A DNA stretch of 64,000 nt from Bythopirellula sp. (lineage in GTDB: Bacteria; Planctomycetota; Planctomycetia; Pirellulales; Lacipirellulaceae). Position numbers and translations under genes: made by a program. The notes beneath the pieces are model-generated. The model had not been told where the DNA came from. It saw nothing but the letters and a program-made list of their open reading frames with translations, and ran no database searches. The stretch covers positions 5,056,001 to 5,120,000 of the forward strand of contig OZ244170.1 in NCBI GenBank assembly GCA_965216565.1. Reading direction: 5' to 3'. This document shows, in pieces, positions 28,037 to 36,526 of this stretch (the first letter of the stretch is position 1; every line of letters begins with the position of its first letter).

Positions 28037-30700
28037 CTATCCTTTAGTCACAAAATTTACGAGTCGTCCTGGCACGACGATTGTTTTCACAATTTCTTTG
28101 CCGTCAAGAATCTCTGCGATACGAGTATCCTCGCGGGCCAGTTTTTCGACGGTTGCCTGGTCTGCCTCAGCTGGGACAGTTACCTTGCTTCGCACTTTTC
28201 CTTTGATTTGCACAGGAATCTCGATTGAGTCCTCGACGAGTAGAGCCTCATCGTACTGTGGCCACGGCTCGTAAGCTAGCGATTTTTTATGCCCCAGCGC
28301 TAGCCAAAGTTCCTCGGCAATGTGGGGTGCAAACGGGGCGAGCAGAAGTAATAGCTGTTCCAGTGCGACTCGTGGTCGACGCTGCTGTTTAGTAAAAAAG
28401 TTCGTGAACTCCATCATTCGGGCGATGGCTGTATTGAACGAGAGCTTCGCGACGTCGTTGGTGACAGCCATGATAGTCTTGTGCAAGACACGATTCTGCT
28501 CGTCGGTCGGCGCCTCGTCGCTTACTGCCTCTTGGAGAGTCATTGCCTCGGCATTATCGTCGACAATCATTCGCCACACACGACCGAGAAAGTTGTAAAC
28601 GCCGTTCACCCCTTCCATACTCCAGGGCTTCACTTGCTCGAGCGGTCCCATGAACATCTCGTAAAGCCGAAGCGCGTCGGCCCCATACTCGCTCACGACA
28701 TCGTCGGGATTAATAACATTGCCGCGGCTCTTGGACATTTTCTCATTGTTCTCGCCAAGAATCATTCCCTGGTTGACGAGTTTCTGGAACGGTTCGGCCG
28801 TGCTGACCACTCCGCGGTCGTAGAGCACTTTGTGCCAGAAGCGGGAATAAAGTAGGTGCAGTACTGCATGCTCCGCACCACCGACATATAGGTCGACGGG
28901 CATCCACGCTTTTTCAATTTCGGGATCAATAGGTGCATCTGTATTTGTAGGATCGAGAAACCGCAAGTAGTACCAGCAAGATCCTGCCCACTGCGGCATG
29001 GTGTTCGTTTCGCGTTTGTAGCGAACGCCGTCCACCACCTGGTAGAGCCACTCCTCGGGAGCTTTGTCGAGCGGTGGCTCGGGACGACCATGGGGTTTGA
29101 AGTCGTCTAAATGGGGCAAGTCCACCGGAAGTTGCTCTTCCGGAACTGCTCGTACTCGCCCCGTCTTGTTTCCCTCGTCGTCCAGCTCATGCAGGATGGG
29201 AAAGGGCTCGCCCCAGAAACGTTGTCGGCTAAATAGCCAGTCACGGAGCTTGTAGTTGACGGCCTCTTTGCCGAGGCCTTTGCTTTCGAGCCACTCGGTG
29301 ATCTTCTGTTTGAATTTCGCTGTCGGCAGACCATCGAACTCTCCAGAATTCACGGCTAGACCGAGTTCCGAATAGACCTGCTCGCCCGCAAGCACAGCCT
29401 CCCGCTCGCTTGCGGTTTCGCCAGGGTCGACCACGCATTGGATGGGGATGTCGTATTGCTTGGCAAACTCAAAGTCGCGCTCGTCGTGCGCGGGAACAGC
29501 CATAATCGCTCCCGTGCCGTAGCTCACCAGCACATAGTCGGCAATCCAGATGGGGACTTTCTCACCATTCACAGGATTAGTGGCAAAGCTGCCAGTGAAG
29601 ACACCGGTCTTTTCTTTGGCCAATTCCGTTCGATCCAGTTCGCTCTTTTTCGACGCCTGCTCGCAATAGGCTTTCACAGCTTCGGCTTGCTCGGGAGTCG
29701 TCAGTCGCTCGACGTAAGGATGCTCCGGAGCGATGACCATATAGGTCGCACCGAAGAGTGTATCTGGCCGAGTTGTGTAGACTCTTAAAACATCGTTGTT
29801 AGGCTTTTCTGTGAATCCAGTTCGCTCGCTGATGCTATACCATTCGATTAGATCTTCTAAATCGTCGAACCCTGGCCCTGGGATTCGTACAAGAAAATCT
29901 ACTTCCGCCCCGGTGCTACGGCCAATCCAGTTGCGCTGAAGCGATTTGATGCCCTCGGACCAATCGAGCCCTTTCAAATCATTTTCCAATCGCTCCGCGT
30001 ATGCAGTAATGCGGAGCATCCATTGACGGAGTGGACGACGTTCGACCGGGTGACCGCCCCGTTCGCTCTTGCCGTCGATCACTTCTTCGTTGGCCAGCAC
30101 TGTTCCCAACTTGGGGCACCAGTTCACCGGCGCTTCGCTTTGATAGGCCAGCCGGTGCTCGTCTTGATAGTCGCGGACCGCCTCGGCACCGGCTGCTTCG
30201 ACATCGGCGGGAATCGGCAATTCGCTAATCGGTCGGCCGCGCTGCTCGTCGTGGTCGAACCAGGTGTCGAAGATTTGCAGAAAGATCCACTGGGTCCAGC
30301 GAAAATACTCGACGTCGGTAGTGGCCAACTCGCGCGACCAATCGTAGCTGAAGCCAAGCATCTTGAGCTGCCGACGAAAAGTGTCGATGTTCTGCTCAGT
30401 TTGAATCCGCGGATGCTCACCGGTCTTGATGGCGTGCTCTTCGGCGGGGAGACCAAACGAGTCGAATCCCATCGGATGCACCACCGATTTGCCTTGCATC
30501 CGTGCGGCGCGGCAGACGATGTCTGTGGCCGTATAGCCCTCGGGGTGGCCCACGTGCAGACCGTTACCGCTGGGGTAAGGGAACATGTCGAGAACGTAGA
30601 GCTTCTCACCTTTCGGCAAGCGAGGAGCAGCAAAGGTATCTTGCTCTTCCCAGTGCTTTTGCCATTTCGGTTCGATGACGGCTGGATTGTATCGCGGCAT
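28037..30700 (-). CDS. leuS: Leucine--tRNA ligase
   Basis: [36 protein letters not shown]. Confidence 0.98.
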   Translation of the reverse strand: MPRYNPAVIEPKWQKHWEEQDTFAAPRLPKGEKLYVLDMFPYPSGNGLHVGHPEGYTATDIVCRAARMQGKSVVHPMGFDSFGLPAEEHAIKTGEHPRIQTEQNIDTFRRQLKMLGFSYDWSRELATTDVEYFRWTQWIFLQIFDTWFDHDEQRGRPISELPIPADVEAAGAEAVRDYQDEHRLAYQSEAPVNWCPKLGTVLANEEVIDGKSERGGHPVERRPLRQWMLRITAYAERLENDLKGLDWSEGIKSLQRNWIGRSTGAEVDFLVRIPGPGFDDLEDLIEWYSISERTGFTEKPNNDVLRVYTTRPDTLFGATYMVIAPEHPYVERLTTPEQAEAVKAYCEQASKKSELDRTELAKEKTGVFTGSFATNPVNGEKVPIWIADYVLVSYGTGAIMAVPAHDERDFEFAKQYDIPIQCVVDPGETASEREAVLAGEQVYSELGLAVNSGEFDGLPTAKFKQKITEWLESKGLGKEAVNYKLRDWLFSRQRFWGEPFPILHELDDEGNKTGRVRAVPEEQLPVDLPHLDDFKPHGRPEPPLDKAPEEWLYQVVDGVRYKRETNTMPQWAGSCWYYLRFLDPTNTDAPIDPEIEKAWMPVDLYVGGAEHAVLHLLYSRFWHKVLYDRGVVSTAEPFQKLVNQGMILGENNEKMSKSRGNVINPDDVVSEYGADALRLYEMFMGPLEQVKPWSMEGVNGVYNFLGRVWRMIVDDNAEAMTLQEAVSDEAPTDEQNRVLHKTIMAVTNDVAKLSFNTAIARMMEFTNFFTKQQRRPRVALEQLLLLLAPFAPHIAEELWLALGHKKSLAYEPWPQYDEALLVEDSIEIPVQIKGKVRSKVTVPAEADQATVEKLAREDTRIAEILDGKEIVKTIVVPGRLVNFVTKG

Positions 30701-30842
30701 AAGTGAGTTGCGGGTTTTCTGGATTCTAGATTTCGAAATGCCCCGCCAGTCGTTATCGAAAATCGGCTAATGGGCAGCATTGGGGAGTCGGCAAAGACCT
30801 GATTCTAATGGTGTTTTAGCCCTGTGCCTACCTTGCCGCCAG

Positions 30843-30872
30843 TTGACTTGCGATTGTTCAACTAAGTACGAT
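30843..30872 (+). promoter_or_regulatory. Possible sigma70 promoter of hom
   Basis: TTGACT-18 nt-TACGAT. Confidence 0.45.
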
Positions 30873-30968
30873 AGCAGGTTTGCCGTGCCTCCGAGATCCG
30901 CCCCTGAGAAACTTAATTTGGGGAACGGAGGAATCATACGGCCACTCCGGGTCCAGGGCTGAATTCAC

Positions 30969-32264
30969 ATGGAAACGACCAAAGTTGGCATCATCGGTTT
31001 GGGAACAGTCGGTTCCGGGGTGGCGAGATTGCTGCTGGACTTTGGCGATCGTACTGGTCGCCATGCCGGACGTACCCTCTGGCTAGAAAAGGCAGTGGTT
31101 CGGGATTTGAAGAAGGCCCGAGACTGCGATCTGCCCACCGATGTTCTCACCGACGACATGGACGCGGTGATCGACAATCCTGATATCCAGGTGGTTGCCC
31201 AATTGATTGGTGGACTGGAGCCCGCCCGCACGATCATGTTGCGACTCCTGGAAAGTGGCAAGGACGTCATCACAGCGAATAAGGCCTTGCTCGCGGAGCA
31301 TGGGCCAGAGATCTTCGATCGGGCCCGCGAATTGGGCCGCTGCGTGGCCTTCGAGGCATCGGTTGCCGGGGGCATCCCCATTATCGCCAACATTGGGCAG
31401 TGCTTGTCGGCAAACCAAATCGAATCGCTGCAGGGCATACTCAACGGGACCAGCAACTTCATCCTCAGCAAGATGCACGAAGAAGGCCTGGCCTACGATG
31501 ATGTATTGGCCGAGGCGCAACGATTGGGTTATGCCGAGGCAGATCCGACGATGGATGTCGACGGGACCGACGCCGCCCAGAAGCTGGCAATTCTTGCTCA
31601 CTTGGCATTTGGGGCACGAGTTCACTGGAGCGACATTCCCCGCATTGGAATCGACAATCTTCAAGTGTGCGATGTGGGCTACGCGCAGGAAATGGGCTAT
31701 CGCATCAAGTTGTTGGCCGTTGCCCAACTTGTGGACGAAGGATTGGAACTGCATGTGTCGCCAACGCTAGTTCGCAGTGGCCGACCGCTGGCAGAAGTCG
31801 GTGGGCCTTACAACGCGATCCGCGTTACTGCAGATGCCGTAGGGCAATTGCTGTTTTATGGTCCCGGTGCTGGGCAAATGCCGACCGCCTCGGCAGTCGT
31901 TGCCGACTTAATCGATACGGCAGTGGGCCGCGCACAAATCACTTTTAGCACCCTAGAACTTTGGTCGAATCAAACAGCCCGCGTGAACGCCGCAGATTTC
32001 GCCGCGGCTCGCGGACGTTTTTATATCCGAATCAATGTCGACGACCACCCGGGAGTGCTCTCGCAGATCACTTCCGCCCTGGGCGACGAAAAGATCTCCA
32101 TTGCATCGGTCCTACAGCACGAGATATCGGATAATGGTTCCGATGTGCCGCTGGTGATCATGACCCACGAGACCACCGAAGGCGCCGCTGCGGCTGCTTG
32201 CAAGAAGATCAACGCCCTAGATTGCGTCCGCGGCGATGCAGTACGCATGTGGGTGAGGGACTAG
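30969..32264 (+). CDS. hom: Homoserine dehydrogenase (C-terminal ACT)
   Basis: GLGTVGSG, TANKAL, FEASVAGGIP, NGT.NFIL, GYAEADP, GPGAG..PTASAV. Confidence 0.96.
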   Translation: METTKVGIIGLGTVGSGVARLLLDFGDRTGRHAGRTLWLEKAVVRDLKKARDCDLPTDVLTDDMDAVIDNPDIQVVAQLIGGLEPARTIMLRLLESGKDVITANKALLAEHGPEIFDRARELGRCVAFEASVAGGIPIIANIGQCLSANQIESLQGILNGTSNFILSKMHEEGLAYDDVLAEAQRLGYAEADPTMDVDGTDAAQKLAILAHLAFGARVHWSDIPRIGIDNLQVCDVGYAQEMGYRIKLLAVAQLVDEGLELHVSPTLVRSGRPLAEVGGPYNAIRVTADAVGQLLFYGPGAGQMPTASAVVADLIDTAVGRAQITFSTLELWSNQTARVNAADFAAARGRFYIRINVDDHPGVLSQITSALGDEKISIASVLQHEISDNGSDVPLVIMTHETTEGAAAAACKKINALDCVRGDAVRMWVRD

Positions 32265-32288
32265 GAATAAAGGGAAAAGCGGAGGGGG

Positions 32289-32763
32289 TTTTATTAAAAC
32301 CACGAAGGCACGAAGGACACAAAGACTTTAAAAATGAGTCATCCCCCAATTCCTGATGAGACTGAGAGGGTAGCTCATGAAGTGATACAAGCTGCGTTCC
32401 GGGTGCATAAAGCCCTTGGGCCTGGCCTGCTTGAGTCTGCGTACGAGAAGTGTTTGTGTCACGAATTGAACAAAGGTGGGTTGTCGTTTCAAAGCCAGTT
32501 GGAAGTTCCGTTGATCTACGACGGAATGAAAATTGAATCTGGGTTCAGGATCGATATTCTCGTCGAGGAAATATTGATTGTGGAATTGAAAGCTGTCGAA
32601 AAAGTACTCCCGATAGATAAGGCTCAAGTAATTACGTATCTGAAGCTATCCAAGTTGAGGCTAGCACTGTTACTGAATTTTAATGAAGCACTATTAAAGG
32701 ATGGCCTACAAAGAATCGTAATTTAGCTTCTTTGTGCTCTTAGTGTCTTTGTGGTTAATAAAA
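32289..32763 (+). mobile_element. Candidate GxxExxY mini-element: single nuclease gene between ~35-bp terminal inverted repeats
   Basis: Left ttttattaaaaccacgaaggcacgaaggacacaaag (32289-32324); reverse complement of right arm ttttattaaccacaaagacactaagagcacaaag (32730-32763). Confidence 0.7.
32334..32726 (+). CDS. GxxExxY protein (PD-(D/E)xK nuclease superfamily)
   Basis: LGPGLLESAYE, FRIDILVE..LIVELKA, AQ..TYLK, LLLNF; AT-rich. Confidence 0.93.
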   Translation: MSHPPIPDETERVAHEVIQAAFRVHKALGPGLLESAYEKCLCHELNKGGLSFQSQLEVPLIYDGMKIESGFRIDILVEEILIVELKAVEKVLPIDKAQVITYLKLSKLRLALLLNFNEALLKDGLQRIVI

Positions 32764-32785
32764 GACCTGCAACTCGCAATTTACT

Positions 32786-33985
32786 ATGAAATACGCAATC
32801 ATCATTCCCGACGGTGCCGCCGACGAGCCGCAAGAGGCTCTCGGGGGTAAGACTCCACTAGAAGCTGCCCACACTCCCGCGATGGATGCCTTGGCAGCAA
32901 GTGGCGTTGTCGCCCGGGCCTGCCATACGCCGCAACAACTGCCGGCCGGTTCCGAAGTGGGCAACATGAGCCTATTGGGTTACGACCCGCTGGCCAACTT
33001 CACCGGCCGAGCACCCATCGAAGCGGCAGCGCAGGGGATTGAACTAGCCCCTGAAGATTGGGCAATCCGCTGCAATCTGGTCACCATTGAAGATCAGAAG
33101 ATGCGCGACTTCACGGCAGATCACATATCAACGGAAGATGCCACGGAGCTATTGGCCACGGCCCAGGAGGAACTGGGAGGAGATGGCCTAGAATTTGTTC
33201 CCGGCGTGAGCTACCGCAACTTGCTTCTTTGGCGAGGAGCGGAGCGCCCTGCACCGTTCAGTATGGAAATGCGTGCTACCCCGCCCCATGATCTCACCGA
33301 CAAGTCCGTACTGGACGACTATCCCCGGGGCCCCGGGAGTGATGTGCTCACCGAAATGATGGCCGCCACTGGCCGTCTGTTTGACGATCATCCAGTGAAC
33401 AAGCGCCGTATCGCCGCTGGTCAGTTACCCGCCACGAACGTTTGGCTATGGGGCATTGGTAAGGCTCCCAAGCTCAAGCCATTCAAGGAGGTTCATGGCG
33501 TGCAAGGAGCGATGATCACTGCCGTCGACTTGTTGCGTGGCCTGGCGTCGCTAGTGGGTTGGCAGCGAATCGAAGTTCCCGGTGCCACCGGCTATACCGA
33601 CACCGACTACGCTGCAAAGGGCCAATACGCCATTGATGCGCTGAAGGAGGTAGATTTGATTTGTGTCCATGTCGAAGCCCCCGACGAAGCTTCGCACGAA
33701 GGCGACTGCGCGGCTAAAGTGAAGGCCATCGAAGAAATCGATCGGCACGTTGTCGCACCACTTGTCGCTGAAATTCAGAAACATGATGCGTGGCGGGTCA
33801 TGATCTCCCCCGACCATCCAACGTTCTTAAGCACAAAGACACACACTCATGGAGATGTGCCAGTGGTAGTCGCGGGCACCGGCATCGAAGCAGACGAATT
33901 TACCTCCTACGGCGATGGCAACGCCGCTGAATCGGCTCTGGCTTTTGATAAAGGTCACGAGGCGATGAAGTACTTTATTGGCTGA
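32786..33985 (+). CDS. apgM: Cofactor-independent phosphoglycerate mutase family protein (ApgM; proposed homoserine kinase)
   Basis: PDGAAD, GKTPLE, GSEVG..SLLGYDP, GRAPIEA, HVEAPDEASH, PDH.T. Confidence 0.88.
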   Translation: MKYAIIIPDGAADEPQEALGGKTPLEAAHTPAMDALAASGVVARACHTPQQLPAGSEVGNMSLLGYDPLANFTGRAPIEAAAQGIELAPEDWAIRCNLVTIEDQKMRDFTADHISTEDATELLATAQEELGGDGLEFVPGVSYRNLLLWRGAERPAPFSMEMRATPPHDLTDKSVLDDYPRGPGSDVLTEMMAATGRLFDDHPVNKRRIAAGQLPATNVWLWGIGKAPKLKPFKEVHGVQGAMITAVDLLRGLASLVGWQRIEVPGATGYTDTDYAAKGQYAIDALKEVDLICVHVEAPDEASHEGDCAAKVKAIEEIDRHVVAPLVAEIQKHDAWRVMISPDHPTFLSTKTHTHGDVPVVVAGTGIEADEFTSYGDGNAAESALAFDKGHEAMKYFIG

Positions 33986-34068
33986 TAACCTTGGGGACAT
34001 CAATGGTGTCTTTATCCCACGGCTATTGATGGTTTCCTATTTCCGAAATCCGCATTCTTAAATCCGAC

Positions 34069-35850
34069 ATGTCACTACTCGTTCAAAAATTTGGCGGCAC
34101 GAGCGTTGCCGATGCTGACAAAATCAAAGCCGCGGCCCGCAAGGCCATCCGTGCCCAGCAAAACGGCAATCAGGTTGTCATGGTAGTTTCTGCCATGGGC
34201 AAGCAGACTGATGCGCTGGTGACGTTGGCCGGTGAGATCTCCGAAGAACCAGCCGCGCGGGAAATGGATATGCTCCTCTCCACGGGGGAGCAGGTGAGCG
34301 TTGCCCTCATGGCGATGGCCATTCACGTGCTTGGTGGCGAGGCAGTGAGCCTGACCGGCGGGCAGATTGGCATCAAAACCGACAGCTCCCATGGAAAAGC
34401 ACGGATTCAGTCAATTACTACCGAACGCATGAAGCGGCACCTTGATGCCGGGAAAATTGTCATTGCGGCGGGCTTTCAGGGTATCGACGACGACTTGAAC
34501 ATCACCACGCTTGGTCGTGGAGGAAGCGATACCACCGCAGTTGCGCTTGCTGCCGTGCTAGGAGCAGACGCGTGCGAAATCTATACCGACGTCGATGGCG
34601 TGTTCACCACCGATCCTCGGTTGGTCCCTAGCGCTCGCAAGATGAATCGGGTGAGCCATGACGAAATGCTGGAACTCGCCAGCCTGGGAGCTGGTGTGAT
34701 GCATAGCCGCTCGATCGAATTCGGGAAAAAATTCAACGTTCCGATTCACGTGTGCAACAGCGCGAGCTTCAGCGATGAACCGGGTACCGTCATTGCTGAT
34801 AAGCCAGAAGATGCCAATCGCGCTGTCAGCGGCGCGGCTCTCACTAAGAACGAAGCACGCATCTCGATCCTCGATGTCCCCGACGTGCCCGGCACCATGC
34901 AAACCCTGTTTGCCAAACTTGCCGAAGCACAAGTGGCGGTGGATATGATCGTCCAGAATATTGGTGCTGGCGGAAAGGCGGAGATCTCATTCACCGTTCT
35001 CGAAGCCGACTTGCCCACCGCCTTGGCAGCAGTTTACGACAGCACATCCGACTGGGAGGGTGCTCGCGTAACGCATGACGCCAACGTCTCGAAAGTATCC
35101 ATCGTCGGTCTAGGAATGGCAACGCAGTCAGGCGTGGCGGACCGGATGTTCCGCGCACTGGCCGACGCGGAAATCAACATCCAAGCCATCACCACTAGCC
35201 AAATCAAGGTGTCGGCGCTCGTCGAACGCGATCAGGCATTGGAATCGTTGCGAGAAGTCCACCGCGAGTTTGAGTTAGAAAAACCACCTAGCCAACGTGC
35301 TTCGTTCGGCGGTGAAAAACAGTCTGGCGATCATGGAAATCCTGTCGACATCGTCGCCCGCCTCCAAAGGATGGAAGACTTGGCAATCGACTCTGTGGAG
35401 ATAGACAATTCGCAAGCTCGAATCACGATGACCGAAGTCCCCGATCATCCTGGGATATCAGCCGACGTCTTCGAAGCAGTCGCCGCAAAGGAAATTCTGG
35501 TCGACATGATCTTTCAAAGTACCGGGGATAACGGAAAGGCAAATCTTAGTTTTACCGTACCTCAAGAGGATATCGACAAGGCGTTGGAGGTGGCAAAGAA
35601 AATCGGCACCGAACTAGGATGCGAGCAGGTTTCGCACGAGCCGAAAATCGCCATCCTCTCCGTACTGGGGATCGGCATCCGCACGCACACCGGCGTGGGG
35701 CTAAGGATGTTCCAATCGCTTTCCCAAGCTGGAATTAATGTCGATATGATCAACACCAGCGAGATGCGCGTCAATGTGGTGGTCGACCCCGAGAAGGGCG
35801 AAGCAGGGCTCGCTGCACTCAAAGAAGCTTTTGCGGACGTCATCGGATAG
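34069..35850 (+). CDS. lysC: Aspartate kinase with four ACT domains
   Basis: VQKFGGTSV, VVSAMG, TLGRGGSDTTA, TDVDGV; duplicated ACT pair. Confidence 0.95.
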   Translation: MSLLVQKFGGTSVADADKIKAAARKAIRAQQNGNQVVMVVSAMGKQTDALVTLAGEISEEPAAREMDMLLSTGEQVSVALMAMAIHVLGGEAVSLTGGQIGIKTDSSHGKARIQSITTERMKRHLDAGKIVIAAGFQGIDDDLNITTLGRGGSDTTAVALAAVLGADACEIYTDVDGVFTTDPRLVPSARKMNRVSHDEMLELASLGAGVMHSRSIEFGKKFNVPIHVCNSASFSDEPGTVIADKPEDANRAVSGAALTKNEARISILDVPDVPGTMQTLFAKLAEAQVAVDMIVQNIGAGGKAEISFTVLEADLPTALAAVYDSTSDWEGARVTHDANVSKVSIVGLGMATQSGVADRMFRALADAEINIQAITTSQIKVSALVERDQALESLREVHREFELEKPPSQRASFGGEKQSGDHGNPVDIVARLQRMEDLAIDSVEIDNSQARITMTEVPDHPGISADVFEAVAAKEILVDMIFQSTGDNGKANLSFTVPQEDIDKALEVAKKIGTELGCEQVSHEPKIAILSVLGIGIRTHTGVGLRMFQSLSQAGINVDMINTSEMRVNVVVDPEKGEAGLAALKEAFADVIG

Positions 35851-35933
35851 GGAATGGTGAAGTGAGATTGTTGAAGTAGCTGAAACTCAGGCTGCGAGCA
35901 AGTCAAACTTCAACTTTTATACTTCGCACTTCC
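35851..35933. repeat. Inverted heptamer arrays, same family as 3141-3262
   Basis: ggaatgg tgaagtg agattgt tgaagta ... aacttca actttta tacttcg cacttcc, between convergent stops. Confidence 0.75.
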
Positions 35934-36346
35934 TACAGTTCGTCGCCACCCATCACATCGTGCAGCACGTCTTCAGAGACGTAGATCGGCAACTGCGGTT
36001 CGCATGATACCGCCACCGCGATGGCATCGCTGGGACGCGAATCGATTTCGAAGAGTTCACCTTCGAATCGTACTCGTAGCAGTGCAAAGTAAGTGTGGTC
36101 TTTGAGTTCGCTAATCACCACATCCTGAAACTCGCCACCCAAAGTTTCGACACTGTTCACCAGGAGATCGTGCGTCAGGGGGCGTGGTGGTTCGTGTCCC
36201 TTCACACGACGGTCGATGCTTGTGGCTTCAAAGATGCCTATCAGTATCGGAAACGTCCGTTCGCCGTCAATCTCTTTGAGATAAATCACCTGCTCGCTGT
36301 TAATCTCGCTGATGATAATCCGCGCTAGTTCCATCGCGACAGGCAT
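35933..36346 (-). CDS. Bifunctional nuclease family protein (DUF151)
   Basis: FPILIGIFEA.SI, RPLTHDL, IDSRPSDAIA. Confidence 0.92.
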   Translation of the reverse strand: MPVAMELARIIISEINSEQVIYLKEIDGERTFPILIGIFEATSIDRRVKGHEPPRPLTHDLLVNSVETLGGEFQDVVISELKDHTYFALLRVRFEGELFEIDSRPSDAIAVAVSCEPQLPIYVSEDVLHDVMGGDEL

Positions 36347-36378
36347 GACAGTTTCTCTGGAGTTGCACCTAGTGTTGA

Positions 36379-36516
36379 ATAACCACAAAGATACGAAGAA
36401 AACTTAGAAAAGAGCGATAGAAAAATCTGCTCCTTGGACTAATAGCTCAGTTTAATTCAGCTAATCGTAAAATCCTGTCTAGTTGTTCTTCGGGATCTTT
36501 GTGTCGTTGTGGTTCA
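36379..36516. repeat. Gene-less inverted pair of the AACCAC(A/G)AAG family (GxxExxY-type arms)
   Basis: aaccacaaagatacgaagaaaac at 36381; reverse complement of 36488-36514 aaccacaacgacacaaagatcccgaag. Confidence 0.75.
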
Positions 36517-36526
36517 TTGTAAACCG

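Noticed and set aside
30701..30840. T-box upstream of leuS
   Set aside because: No T-box consensus or terminator is visible.
30873..30968. Thr/Lys leader peptide or riboswitch upstream of hom
   Set aside because: One hairpin is possible (cctccg/cggagg), but there is no Thr-rich ORF, no terminator, and it is too short for a lysine riboswitch.
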